NCBI GenBank assembly: GCA_017416205.1
Contig: JAFQDC010000007.1
Coordinates: forward strand, 6,022-70,021
DNA from: Clostridia bacterium
Lineage (GTDB): Bacteria; Bacillota; Clostridia; Oscillospirales; CAG-272
Direction of reading: 5' to 3'
DNA: 64,000 nucleotides
Shown: piece after piece, positions 43,401-50,111 of the stretch
Layout: every line of letters starts with the position of its first letter
Position numbering within the stretch: position 1 is the stretch's first letter
Notes under the pieces: generated by a model
Told to the model about the DNA's origin: nothing
The model's input: the letters and a program-made list of their open reading frames with translations, nothing else
The model's database searches: none
Translations under genes and position numbers: made by a program

Positions 43401-43607
43401 CCATACGCGTCCCGCATATCGGTTACCGTCTACGTCAGTTCCCATCATAGATTCCCACGTATGAGCACTTCCGGGGTCAACTACTGTTCCTACCACGGCA
43501 GTCGATGCTACCGAAACTGCCATAGCAGAAAGGGGAACGTAACTAAGTATCAGAGCAAGGCAAAGAAAAACGCTCATGATCCTTTTTGAAAGCTTTGTTT
43601 TCATCAT
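34437..43607 (-). CDS. giant cell-wall-anchored adhesin (signal peptide, vWA domain, Cna-B/pilin-type Ig folds, 10 DUF11-like repeats, sortase-type sorting signal)
   Basis: AAGGAGG SD. Signal peptide ..PLSAMA. MIDAS motif VLVLDTSTSM. Five pilin-type domains with an (E/D)FxFxxY core (GEFTFAVQ, DEFTFYVY, GEFSFTLY and similar). Ten 124-aa repeats. C-terminus APQTGD, a hydrophobic segment, then RRKKRRE. Confidence 0.9.
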   Translation of the reverse strand: MMKTKLSKRIMSVFLCLALILSYVPLSAMAVSVASTAVVGTVVDPGSAHTWESMMGTDVDGNRYAGRVWVDKSVFKNGDTAVLNNKGEEDSSFKVELEDDESFQIVFSALGSTMTSKSTVTSTGPMDVVLVLDTSTSMDDEDRYGVTRLERTIAAANSLIDDLLKLDNIRISIVTYNKDSETLLPLAAYNNGIDLVCTNYYNNGAAGAGVITAYDKDKNVLGKDSGYTQGTNLQSGIDRGFNILANAADVEGRIPVAIVLTDGQANRAAQEGFYEISKHNDKDGTSVSNRNLYLSTLLNAAYNKTKIEANYDSDVTVYTVGVDVSTNKVAQLMMDPAGANGFNGSNSDREIREAYKNFQKWAAGQSVTYSGWSFNHNYPTQNGAVTAEKIAENINYADTYYDVTNAEIESTFKQIYEELSSGAFNPISSSTSTDGATGIDDTPLIYVDFIGQHMEVKDIQSVTLFGSSYAVIKNADGTYKVDTATGTNPTTNEAWNTSEDILISIVEQNDGTQKLEIRINQEILPIIVERVVSETIGDDTTSTITEFSYNPLRVYYTVGIDSDILLPNGEVDVSKIRGYDYIDDSEGIVSFYSNRFGVMSPADNGVVYEGDAHVGFQPSEKNRYYYHQSNQGIFTEITNKEDGSAVSIPENNEYGIVWDDDKYDLSWMSYDDYKKTADSDKVYTYVTYTRPTPDANDSANAAEEVTYLVYTEWGYLKESAAFYDNKAEKYVNADENGGYALSDKGVAIPEDRVEKVLGAYLADNSEVELYVLLGVGSLRTSRLHNMTVEKEYNVTETATQRYTPEYTHETAEIHNGNSVVVWLGNNGRVNVAIKTGIKLTKSVTENIGNADDTYSLTVTVPDGVVADPVVWDENGNDVTGDISSYENNVLTVELKAGETVYVAGIPGGTACEIGEIINGDYYKVDSLSDSTVTVPTLSQVLDESSPVAQFAQATVTNAPNEYGNLFITKEIASDHAIPQSILDTAFEIVVNVGGDLSGKSFTVKQTEKEDKTVTVDADGNMTFSIKARETVEIINLPSGTDVTVTESDPGAYFDVSFRTRNHSGETADTDNTVVIPEDASATAIIINQYTPFATTVDLDIDGTKIFEAEGSHSGGEFTFAVQKWNGSSWESISEKSAKVEYAADENGSKIFKIEDVLSGITYSEVGSHSYQVIEVKGNVENVTYDRTVYAFDVTVTDNGGQLVAKVTDARENIIDDGIFEVTFKNTYHTAPVSVDIIKDVINNSGDTTVSGAGFEFHVYETDREWNILNPANEPDFELVTDAAGAARFNSVYTQTGTFHYVISEVNKGDRGWSYSDAEYRITVSVTESNGDLIAALDIEKVKSNNDKETATVDPADATKGRVSFVNSYTPDSARIDLDGAVMKVLTGKKLEADEFTFYVYNNGDRENYVLKGTNNLNGDVLFVDFDEVLTFDKVGKYEFDIVEYIPEGAVYNAVTNKYVLNGMSYDPAVYDLVVEVENDPATGTLTAVRYFEDAISNVVTYHNHYEARSTEYTIGGTKILHGRAPGSGEFSFTLYEGNEEIETVTNKSDGTFSFSTITYKTAGEYTYTVKENDGTAAGVIYNGVDHPVTVTVTVTDTNGVLTASADTANADIKFENTYKADAAELVFNGTKTLEGATLNDSDFTFNLYATDYTFDITNSNAILLDSKKNADGKFEFDARVFNSTGTYFFVIAEDSEADPIDGIVYDRTHHKYAVYVTDSGDGQLKIMLINAATGETVRGKAKLNESVSFTNAAVDDVAKKEVYKEGDTSTVIDGEKVNAGDILTYSITYTNYTGADVIADILDAIPEHTTYVNGSASHNGKYAGDHINWILNVKADESVTVSFKVEVAETDAVIDNAAIVRDGVNTYITNEVVNHTVENLVEKDVFYPENDSVSINGKKVYAGEELLYKISFINASDKPADITITDKIPEFTTYVEGSADMGGVFENGHVVWSIENVEAWTTAIVTFAVKVDADLGAETIENTARVNDGTNEYTTNTVTNYTVVDEVVKNVFLASDDSVSIDNKKVYIGDELVYTISYENSSEETVTVTITDTVPEHTTYVEGSASHGGVYENGTITWTLDIEKGDAVTVSFHVTVDNVESVEISNKAEIREGSNTYTTNEVSNYTVKDEVIKEVFLAIDEFVNIDGEKVYVGDELVYSISYENTGKDTATVNIADRIPEHTTYVEGSASMGGEYKAGVIVWTLEVEANDTVTVSFRVTVDNVESIEISNKAEIREGRNSYTTNEVTNYTVKDDVSKDVFFVENTDVSIDGDKVCVGDELVYEIIYTNNATDTATVTITDTVPEYTTYVKDSASHNAAYENGMITWELDVDEGDTVTVSFRVTVDEVENVDIVNTATVREGRNIYTTNEVINYTVTEEFDKDVSLAGNDEVSLDGRRVYAGDELVYSIYYRNVGRDAATVTITDIIPEHTTLVDGTVSHNGVYEKGNIIWTFELEAGESVTVSFHVTVDEAKDVEISNEAEIREGRNSYTTNKVVIYTAEDEVRKDVFFADNTEVSIDGNKVYTGDELVYEISYTNNSRETADVTITDELPEFTTYVEGSADNDGVYSNRVVTWKLRVDAGETVKVRFNVTVDSVGAVTINNAADVKVGRNTYTTNEVTNYTVVDEVEKNVAFADNDSVSIDGRKVYAGDEIVYSIFYKNVSREAARVTIIDTIPQHTSLVEGTITHSGVYEDGKITWTLDMEAGDSVTVSFNVKVEDAGNATVENEAEIREGRNTYTTNKVTNYTVDDEVKKDVFYPESTEISVDGKKVYAGDILQYAITYTNSAPHSASVIITDAIPEYTTYVDGSADNGGTYSGGMLTWTLDVEAGETVTVNFKVEVKNVGSVTIENVAEIREGRNTYLTNEVSNYTVEDEVEKNVFMKDAPDASIDGESVNAGDVLKYEISYKNNSHETVTVVITDAVPEYTTYVEGSADNGGIYDDGAITWTLEVGAGETVTVGFEVKVDAVAEATVRNKATVAEGKNTYTTNEVENTVSVPEEPSDDPESPETPGTSDTPNAPQTGDSGLWMWFALLFVSGVGVMTTTLRRKKRRESAQN
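34626..38345 (-). repeat. ten tandem coding repeats of about 372 bp (124 aa, DUF11-like)
   Basis: Each unit reads ..KDVF..D.VSIDG.KVY.GDELVY.I.Y.N....A.VTITD.IPE.TTYV.GSA...G.Y..G.I.W.L....G..VTVSF.V.V......I.N.A.IREGRN.YTTNEV.NYTV. NYTV-type junctions fall near 34998, 35372, 35745, 36115, 36487, 36858, 37230, 37600 and 37980. Confidence 0.85.
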
Positions 43608-43684
43608 TTCTGAAAACCTCCTTGATTCATTATGTATCTTAACTTTATTTGTTAACGTGTTGATTGTATTAATGAAATATATTT

Positions 43685-44041
43685 TTATTCGTCTTTTAGT
43701 CTATCAGGACTTTGGCATATTCCGAACAGATCCTCGTGCTTTTTGAAGTATTTACAATCCTGACAGCTATCTCCGTCATCATCGTGTGCACACACGTAGT
43801 TTGCACACACATCCTGCATTGCAGTTACTATCGGATGCCCCTCATCTGTATATACGGGATATTCTATGAAATCCGGATAGATCGGTATCGGATCGTTAAA
43901 CCTTCCGTTACGTTCAAACTCCTCATAATATCCGTAACGAAGCTCGAACACCTTACCTCCTACCGTTACTTCTTTATAAAGTTCTCCCTCGCGGGGCTTT
44001 GCCGTTTCTCTTGTGTGCCTTTTCAAAAGAGTCTTAAACAT
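43685..44041 (-). CDS. small cytoplasmic Cys-rich protein of unknown function
   Basis: AAAGGAGA SD, then ATG 44041; the track start at 44152 lies in the LuxR terminator. 118 aa. C-terminal CANYVCAH..DSCQDCKYF..GICQ suggests metal binding. Ends 77 nt upstream of the adhesin gene with no hairpin between. Confidence 0.55.
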   Translation of the reverse strand: MFKTLLKRHTRETAKPREGELYKEVTVGGKVFELRYGYYEEFERNGRFNDPIPIYPDFIEYPVYTDEGHPIVTAMQDVCANYVCAHDDDGDSCQDCKYFKKHEDLFGICQSPDRLKDE

Positions 44042-44104
44042 ATTGTCTCCTTTCGGAAAAGAAGTAATTACTTGCAGATTATCACTATTTATTTGAATCA
44101 TTGT

Positions 44105-44149
44105 AAATAAAAATCTGCCATACTGTTTACAATGACAGTATAGCAGATT
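44105..44149 (-). terminator. rho-independent terminator of the LuxR-type gene
   Basis: On the minus strand AATCTGCTATACTGT / 8-nt loop / ACAGTATGGCAGATT (14 of 15 bp) followed by TTTTTATTT. Confidence 0.65.
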
Positions 44150-44239
44150 CATATGAATTCAGGTATTACCCACAGGAATGATTTTTATCCATATTTTTTC
44201 AAAAACAATAGCCAATTTCTGTAACAAGCAGTTGGATAT

Positions 44240-45499
44240 TTATAGAATTGCCGCAAACTCTTTTCTGGTCATTCCGGTCTTGTTTGACACAGTAGTTATG
44301 GCCTGTTTTACAGCTGAAACGGACATATTCAGGGTCTTTGCGATCTCCTCATTTTTCAGTCCGAAGGCTGCAAGCTTTGCCACTTCACGCTGCTTCTGAG
44401 AAAGAGTCGTTACAATAGTTCTGCCGCGGACAGAGCCTGAAAGCCGTGACCATCCCTCATTATGCACATAGTGCAAGGAATTCACCCTATCCCATATAGA
44501 AGGATCTACACGGTTAAGACGTGATTCAAGAAGCGGTCCTGCGGTTCGGACATACTCAGCCAAAAGTCCGTACAATTCATCGGGAATTGCAAGATTAATA
44601 GCTCTGTCTATATGATAGATAGCCTGCTGTTCGTTTCCGCCGCTATAATATATTACAGCACAGGTCATACGCAGGTATATCTCAGCGATAACAGAACGGT
44701 CAGCCACTGCCTGAGAGATCATTGGCTCAAGAGTATACGGTATCATCGTAAACAACGAAAGACCGCTTACGTCCTGATGTTCAAACTCCTTAGTTGCAAC
44801 GGAGTATGCTATCGCATAAAGGAATTTTGCATAAAACACCTTCGCCGCAGGCAGAGAGTCTGCAGGAAGAACATCGAAGCGCCCCATTGAAAACCATTCG
44901 GGAAAATCTGTAACGTTATATAAAATGCTATCGATTGCTGTTATAGAAAAGGACATAATGTCGCGATCTGAATTGTTTTTGGCGGGTGCTTCTGCAATAT
45001 GTATTTTTGCCTGACGCCACAAATTCAGATCTCCTCGCCAAATTGCACAAAGTCCAAGCAGCATTCCTGCGGAAATAACGGAATAAAAGCCTGAATTTCT
45101 TTTTAGAAGGAAAGAAGCATTCTCATATACCTTATCAATTTCTCCTCTTGAATAGGCGATCTCAGAAGCAAGAAGCAGCTGCGCCTCGGGATTGTCCTTT
45201 AGAGCCTCAATACTTGCTTTAGCACTGCCGGGCTCACTGTACAGATCGGTCATATGTAAAAACGGGGTCTTTCGGGGCATAGGCATATTAACACTCAGAC
45301 TTTCTGCCTCACTTAGTCTTCCTGCTTTTGTTCTGCCGTCACGGGGCTTTTGTGCATCTTTTGGTATCATCCATTCTCGTCCAAAGCGCACAGCACCCTT
45401 GATCTTTCCCTGAGAGCAAAGTATCTGCACTCTACGGGTCGACAGATTCCATTTTCCTGCTACGTCTTCAACCTTTATGTATTCACTAAAAGCTTCCAT
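44240..45499 (-). CDS. LuxR/GerE-family regulator with an additional N-terminal excisionase-type HTH and a helical-repeat middle domain
   Basis: GGAGGG SD, then ATG 45499. N-terminus VEDVAGKWNLSTRRVQILCSQGKI.GA..FGREWMIP. C-terminus LSQKQREVAKLAAFGLKNEEIAKTLNMSVSAVKQ. Confidence 0.8.
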   Translation of the reverse strand: MEAFSEYIKVEDVAGKWNLSTRRVQILCSQGKIKGAVRFGREWMIPKDAQKPRDGRTKAGRLSEAESLSVNMPMPRKTPFLHMTDLYSEPGSAKASIEALKDNPEAQLLLASEIAYSRGEIDKVYENASFLLKRNSGFYSVISAGMLLGLCAIWRGDLNLWRQAKIHIAEAPAKNNSDRDIMSFSITAIDSILYNVTDFPEWFSMGRFDVLPADSLPAAKVFYAKFLYAIAYSVATKEFEHQDVSGLSLFTMIPYTLEPMISQAVADRSVIAEIYLRMTCAVIYYSGGNEQQAIYHIDRAINLAIPDELYGLLAEYVRTAGPLLESRLNRVDPSIWDRVNSLHYVHNEGWSRLSGSVRGRTIVTTLSQKQREVAKLAAFGLKNEEIAKTLNMSVSAVKQAITTVSNKTGMTRKEFAAIL

Positions 45500-45523
45500 A
45501 TTCCCTCCATACAACGCGATAAT

Positions 45524-45669
45524 GTTCGCCAAGCGAATACATATCATTCGCTCTGCGAATATTATTATACCATAAAATCCGACAAATTCAAGATAATTTT
45601 ACTATTTTTTCGATTATTCGTCGCGTTTTGTTGTTCGCTCAACGAATAATAAATATTCGTTTTGCGAAT
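45524..45669. promoter_or_regulatory. array of CGAAT/ATTCG half-sites and palindromes (candidate operator cluster)
   Basis: GCGAAT at 45533, 45555 and 45664. ATTCGC at 45546. ATTCG at 45616 and 45655. CGAAT at 45643. TTCGC at 45525 and 45634. Includes the palindromes GCGAAT-N7-ATTCGC and CGAATA-N5-TATTCG. Confidence 0.5.
45564..45591 (-). promoter_or_regulatory. candidate sigma-A promoter of the LuxR-type gene
   Basis: On the minus strand TTGAAT (plus-strand 45586-45591), 16-bp spacer ending in TGG, TATAAT (plus-strand 45564-45569). Confidence 0.45.
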
Positions 45670-45674
45670 GATGT

Positions 45675-45706
45675 AAAGAACCGCACTGAAGACAGTACGG
45701 TTCTTT
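45675..45706 (-). terminator. terminator of the CYTH gene
   Basis: AAAGAACCG / 14-nt loop / CGGTTCTTT, 8 nt beyond the stop at 45714. Short T tracts on both strands. Confidence 0.55.
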
Positions 45707-45713
45707 TGATATG

Positions 45714-46229
45714 TTATTCAAAGTCAAGTGGATCCCTGTCCACCTTTGCAAGAGCTGCATTCGTATAACGAGGATCGTGTGTAACGTCTTTTATTACACT
45801 TACAAACTCCGGAAGCTCAAACTGCTCATCTTCACCGGAAAGCTCAACCTCAAGAAAAGCAGTACTCTTCATAAAAGGAAATACATCAATCTCGATAATA
45901 TGCTCCTTATACGGAAAGGCATATCTTGTCTTCTCAATCGTTACTGTACCTTCTTTTTTTCTTAATAGTAATTCTTCGTATTCCCTCTCACTGATAAGCT
46001 CTTCGTCCTCTATTCTTGTGAGAGCACTGACACGCTTTTTGACCGTATGGAAATACTCGGTCTTATTACGGCTTACACGCTTTCTTACTCTCTCAGTTGT
46101 TTTCGGCATAGCATTGAGATAAGTCTGGCTTATATCATATATCAATACGCCGTCAATATCTGACAGCAGCTTTTCATCAGGCAAGGAAATAAGCAGCTTT
46201 CTTTCTATTTCAAGATTCTGAGTATCCAT
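45714..46229 (-). CDS. CYTH-domain protein (triphosphate tunnel metalloenzyme)
   Basis: N-terminal EIERKLLI (ExExK signature). 171 aa. Confidence 0.8.
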   Translation of the reverse strand: MDTQNLEIERKLLISLPDEKLLSDIDGVLIYDISQTYLNAMPKTTERVRKRVSRNKTEYFHTVKKRVSALTRIEDEELISEREYEELLLRKKEGTVTIEKTRYAFPYKEHIIEIDVFPFMKSTAFLEVELSGEDEQFELPEFVSVIKDVTHDPRYTNAALAKVDRDPLDFE

Positions 46230-46288
46230 ATCTGCACCCTCTCGTTTTTTTCTATGATAGCAGATACGTATCTCTTTTTCAATAGATT

Positions 46289-46909
46289 TTACTTTTTATC
46301 GGATTCGATTATGTTGAGATTATCAGGATGAATGCCTGCCTGAGTATATACTATCTCGCTTATCTGTGCAACCTGAGTATCCATAAGACCGTCCGTTTTA
46401 ACTACGATGCTTGCCGTATCTCCGTTTACTATTGCCACGCACTCCTCAAACCCCTTTGCCATCACAAGGCTTTCAATATTTGATTCACACTCTATATATC
46501 CCGCTATCTTCTGTATTTCGCTGAGTGCCTCCTGCTTCATTGAATCGATGGCGGTACTGCTCTGGGCAACTCCCGTAAGTACCTCCATAGCCTCATCGCG
46601 GGCTTTTTTTCTTGACATTGTCATTTCTGCAAAGACGTCAACTGTCTCATCTTTAATATCCGCAACCTCCTGCTCTTCCTTTTCCTTATCGGCAATTGCC
46701 TGAGACACATCCTTAAGGTCAAGTGCTACATCAAGCTTGCCATCTGTTTTTTTGTCATTCTCCGGAAGGAGGACATAGTTCAGTATCACCGCTCCGAGCA
46801 AAACCGTTATGGCACAGGCGGCAACGATCGCCTTTTTATTGATCCTCTTTACCACCTTCAAGGTAACCTCCTTTACCTTTTCAAAAATTACTTTGATCTT
46901 ATCTTTCAT
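46289..46909 (-). CDS. spoIIIAH: stage III sporulation protein AH
   Basis: Last gene of the eight-gene operon. N-terminal TM segment, acidic linker and a YscJ/FliF-like C-terminal fold pattern. Confidence 0.75.
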   Translation of the reverse strand: MKDKIKVIFEKVKEVTLKVVKRINKKAIVAACAITVLLGAVILNYVLLPENDKKTDGKLDVALDLKDVSQAIADKEKEEQEVADIKDETVDVFAEMTMSRKKARDEAMEVLTGVAQSSTAIDSMKQEALSEIQKIAGYIECESNIESLVMAKGFEECVAIVNGDTASIVVKTDGLMDTQVAQISEIVYTQAGIHPDNLNIIESDKK

Positions 46910-46972
46910 AGGTATGTTCCTTTCTTATGTATAAATTCTTTAAATCATATTCACTTGTATCTCTCTGTATTC

Positions 46973-47449
46973 CTAACCGGAAACGGCTATCTTATTGACT
47001 GATATACCGAGAGCTGCCGCAATAAGCTCTGTTACTCTGTTCTTTACCTCTGTACTCTTTCCTCCGGTGCATACTACTGCAACGCCGCGAACCTTCGGGT
47101 ATAGCTCACTGATAAGGACAGGCTCTTCCCCGTCCTTTGAGCTGATTATCACGTATTCACTTGCCTTTTGCGTCCCGTTTTCACTTGTATTCTGTGCAAA
47201 TACGAATTCCTCCTGACTGTCAAGGGTGACAACGACCGTTGCTTTTCCCACACCTTGAGCAGACGAGATAAGATCCTCAAGCTTTTCCTCTATCCTTTCC
47301 GTGTAATAGGTAACGTCGCTTTCCTTTGTTTCTACATCTTCTTTTGGCTCGGGAACAAATCGGGCAAGGATCATCAGTAAAGCACCAACAATCGCACCAC
47401 CTATCAGAATATATCTTTTGATTTTTGAATCCTTGCCGCCTTCACTCAT
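46973..47449 (-). CDS. spoIIIAG: stage III sporulation protein AG
   Basis: TM segment, then EPVLISELYPKVRGVAVVCTGG...V.ELIAAALGIS..KI.V, characteristic of SpoIIIAG. Confidence 0.8.
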   Translation of the reverse strand: MSEGGKDSKIKRYILIGGAIVGALLMILARFVPEPKEDVETKESDVTYYTERIEEKLEDLISSAQGVGKATVVVTLDSQEEFVFAQNTSENGTQKASEYVIISSKDGEEPVLISELYPKVRGVAVVCTGGKSTEVKNRVTELIAAALGISVNKIAVSG

Positions 47450-47882
47450 CGCTTACCACCTGAATTTTCTTTTGAAATATGTTACTCAGTATCTCCCCCG
47501 CCTCCTTTTCATCAAATACAGCCTTATCGCAAAGCTCAAGTACGATATTTTCTATCTCCCCGGCATCTGAACAACTCACCTTTGCATTAATGGAAGAGAG
47601 CGGTATTTCATACATTTCCGAAAGGACTCTCCCCGCACTGTTTGCATAATATTCAGCCTCACGCTGACCTTTGTTTCCCTTCTCTGTTTCCACAGCATTC
47701 TGTGAAAAAACAAATGAACCGATGACCTGCATAAGGGGAGAAAGAATAGCTATAGCAACAGCCAGAGAACCGATAAAAGAAAGATATTTTCCAAGCTTTC
47801 CCTTTTCTCCGTCAGGAGAAAGTATCCGAACTACAGCGACAAAAATACCGGCGATGAGAATCCCCCACAAATACGTTCCCAT
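47442..47882 (-). CDS. spoIIIAF: stage III sporulation protein AF
   Basis: Operon position and size, two N-terminal TM spans. ATG 47882 is preceded by GAGGT. Confidence 0.7.
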   Translation of the reverse strand: MGTYLWGILIAGIFVAVVRILSPDGEKGKLGKYLSFIGSLAVAIAILSPLMQVIGSFVFSQNAVETEKGNKGQREAEYYANSAGRVLSEMYEIPLSSINAKVSCSDAGEIENIVLELCDKAVFDEKEAGEILSNIFQKKIQVVSDE

Positions 47883-47889
47883 ACATACC

Positions 47890-49026
47890 TCATACAAAGG
47901 ATATCGGAGTTTTGCAAAACAATCCGAGTGCAATTACGTACATTACGGCGCCGCCCGCACAGGTAGCAAGCAGCAACGTACATATTCCTTTACATTCCTC
48001 AAGAAGTTTGCTCTCTGTGATACAGCCAAGCACCTCTGCCATAGCTCCCGAAAAGCCTATGGCTATACGGCTCATCAGTATCACCGCAAAGGGAGCGAAA
48101 AAGGCAACGGCAATTGCCGCGATACCACCTATCCCACAGGCGTGCTTTATAATATCAAGGCTTGAAGAAAGAACAGAAAAGGAATCGGCAACAGCAGCAC
48201 CAACAAAGGGAAGATAATTACCGATAGCAAACTTTACAGTTTTACGAAAGAATCCATCCTGAGCCGCTCCGCCTGCTGATTGCAAGGACAGAACAAAAGT
48301 CATCAGAGTCATTACTGCTATAACGCCGCCCGTTACTATGCCTCTTATTGTTTTTGTCATATAAGCAACGCCCCTATCCCCTGTCACCACCGAAATAACG
48401 GCCAGAATGAACATTCCGTTGACGCATGGGGCAAGCACCTTTGAAAAAAGAGCTTCTCCAAAGCTGATCATCAGATTTAGTCCCGTTGCGCTGACGGCTG
48501 ATGCCGTCAGATTTCCCGATGATATATATACTGCTTCCATTGCAGGAACATACAGTAGCATCGTGGATGTCATAGTATCAAGGAGAGCGCAGGCTGTACC
48601 AAGTACCTTTTCCATTACTCCCCACATACACAGCGCCATACATAAAGACGCGCAAAAGGAAAATGCACTCTTTAGAGATGCTCCCGCTACGGTGTCGGCA
48701 AGCATAGAGAAAAGCGAAGAAAATATAATGGCAAACAGAAGCAGTGCCACGGTTTCAAGCGCAGGACCTGCCGCTTTTCCTATAGCATCCTTCACCTTCT
48801 CTTCAAAAAAGGCAACATCGTATTCTGAAATATCTTCACGACTTTCGGGCAGCTCCTCTTTTATTTCATCGGGAAGAGACTCAAAAAAATCGGAAACCTC
48901 GCCTTGTGTTTTTGATACTCCGCCATCCGAGAGCTCGTACTCATACACCTTGTCCGCAAATATCTCAACAGAAAGCAAAGATGCAATAAGGATCACGGCA
49001 AAAAAACAAAATAACGCCTTTTTCAT
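47890..49026 (-). CDS. spoIIIAE: stage III sporulation protein AE
   Basis: 378 aa, signal peptide plus about 7 TM spans. Operon position. Confidence 0.8.
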   Translation of the reverse strand: MKKALFCFFAVILIASLLSVEIFADKVYEYELSDGGVSKTQGEVSDFFESLPDEIKEELPESREDISEYDVAFFEEKVKDAIGKAAGPALETVALLLFAIIFSSLFSMLADTVAGASLKSAFSFCASLCMALCMWGVMEKVLGTACALLDTMTSTMLLYVPAMEAVYISSGNLTASAVSATGLNLMISFGEALFSKVLAPCVNGMFILAVISVVTGDRGVAYMTKTIRGIVTGGVIAVMTLMTFVLSLQSAGGAAQDGFFRKTVKFAIGNYLPFVGAAVADSFSVLSSSLDIIKHACGIGGIAAIAVAFFAPFAVILMSRIAIGFSGAMAEVLGCITESKLLEECKGICTLLLATCAGGAVMYVIALGLFCKTPISFV

Positions 49027-49415
49027 TTGTTTATCAGCTCCTTTGCCAGAACCATCAGATCACCTATAAGAGGAATACTGAGAGCGATCAGCTCACATTT
49101 TGCAAAGGCTTCAACAGCTCCTCCGATTATCTCTTCTCCTGCTTCACGGCAAAGTGAAGCCGTCAGTCCTGCGATATATGCAATTCCAAGTGCGCGGAAC
49201 AATACTTTTGCATATTCATAAAAATCGCTTTGACGGCAAACTTCTATTATCTGAGAAGCTGCCCCTGAAAGGCTGTTTTCGAAGGAAAACAAAAGCAAAG
49301 TTAAAACAGTGACAGCAGCGCACGCCAGAGCCGCGCCCTTATGCTTTTCTTTTAGAATGACAGAGCCCACAGCCCCCAAAAGTGCTATGCCCGATATGCG
49401 AACGATCTCTGACAT
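49023..49415 (-). CDS. spoIIIAD: stage III sporulation protein AD
   Basis: 130 aa, 4 TM spans. 4-nt overlap with AE and 1-nt overlap with AC. Confidence 0.8.
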   Translation of the reverse strand: MSEIVRISGIALLGAVGSVILKEKHKGAALACAAVTVLTLLLFSFENSLSGAASQIIEVCRQSDFYEYAKVLFRALGIAYIAGLTASLCREAGEEIIGGAVEAFAKCELIALSIPLIGDLMVLAKELINK

Positions 49416-49609
49416 TACAGCTCAAACACATTTCTGACTGCCGTGAAAAGCTCTTCTATCTGCCCCACAAGCATGATCAGAACAATGATGATGCCTACCA
49501 CCGTTACAAGAGTTGCCTGCTCGTCTCTCCCCGTTTTCTGCAGTATCTGATTGGCAACTGCAACTATCATACCAACTCCCACAGTTTTTAAAAGAAGTGA
49601 AATATCCAT
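49415..49609 (-). CDS. spoIIIAC: stage III sporulation protein AC
   Basis: 64 aa, MDISLLLKTVGVGMIVAV..QIL...GRDEQATLVT. AAGGATGGG SD. The longer track ORF is an upstream extension. Confidence 0.8.
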   Translation of the reverse strand: MDISLLLKTVGVGMIVAVANQILQKTGRDEQATLVTVVGIIIVLIMLVGQIEELFTAVRNVFEL

Positions 49610-49625
49610 ATTCCCATCCTTTGCT

Positions 49626-50111
49626 TTATAAAAGAAGTATGACGAGAGAAAGTGCAAGAAGAACAGGCAACAGCCTGTACATCCTGAGCCTTTGAGCCAA
49701 CCGTTCCCTTCCCTCAAAAGCTGTTTTTTCAAGTCTTTTTACAGTATATGAGCAGAGCTCTGCCTGTCCCTTTTCATATCCTGCCCCTAAGGAGTTTGAA
49801 AATCTTTCCATCTCACAGAAGGCTTCTCTCGGTAGCTTTTCCTTGATCTGAGTGAGAGAAGCTGAAAGTCCTCTCTCTCGAAGAATATTCAAAAAGCCCT
49901 CTTTCTCAAGACGCTCATCTGAAAACTCCTCATATATTCTTTGAAGAGGTGTTCTGAAGGTCTCTATCTGCTGACCTATATACTCTACAAAAGCGCACAT
50001 CGCCTCTGTCATCTCAAGCTTTTTTGTTTCAACACGGCTTTTTTCGAGTCCATAGAAAAAGGCGCATAGGACAAGGACCACACCTCCTGATATTGAAGAG
50101 ACAGATACCAT
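49626..50111 (-). CDS. spoIIIAB: stage III sporulation protein AB
   Basis: 161 aa, TM segments at both ends and a helical middle, as in B. subtilis SpoIIIAB. Abuts AA. Confidence 0.75.
   Translation of the reverse strand: MVSVSSISGGVVLVLCAFFYGLEKSRVETKKLEMTEAMCAFVEYIGQQIETFRTPLQRIYEEFSDERLEKEGFLNILRERGLSASLTQIKEKLPREAFCEMERFSNSLGAGYEKGQAELCSYTVKRLEKTAFEGRERLAQRLRMYRLLPVLLALSLVILLL

Noticed and set aside
47912-49069. The + strand ORFs 47912-48217 and 48407-49069 (101 and 220 aa).
   Set aside because: They are antisense to spoIIIAE, whose operon context and TM pattern are convincing.
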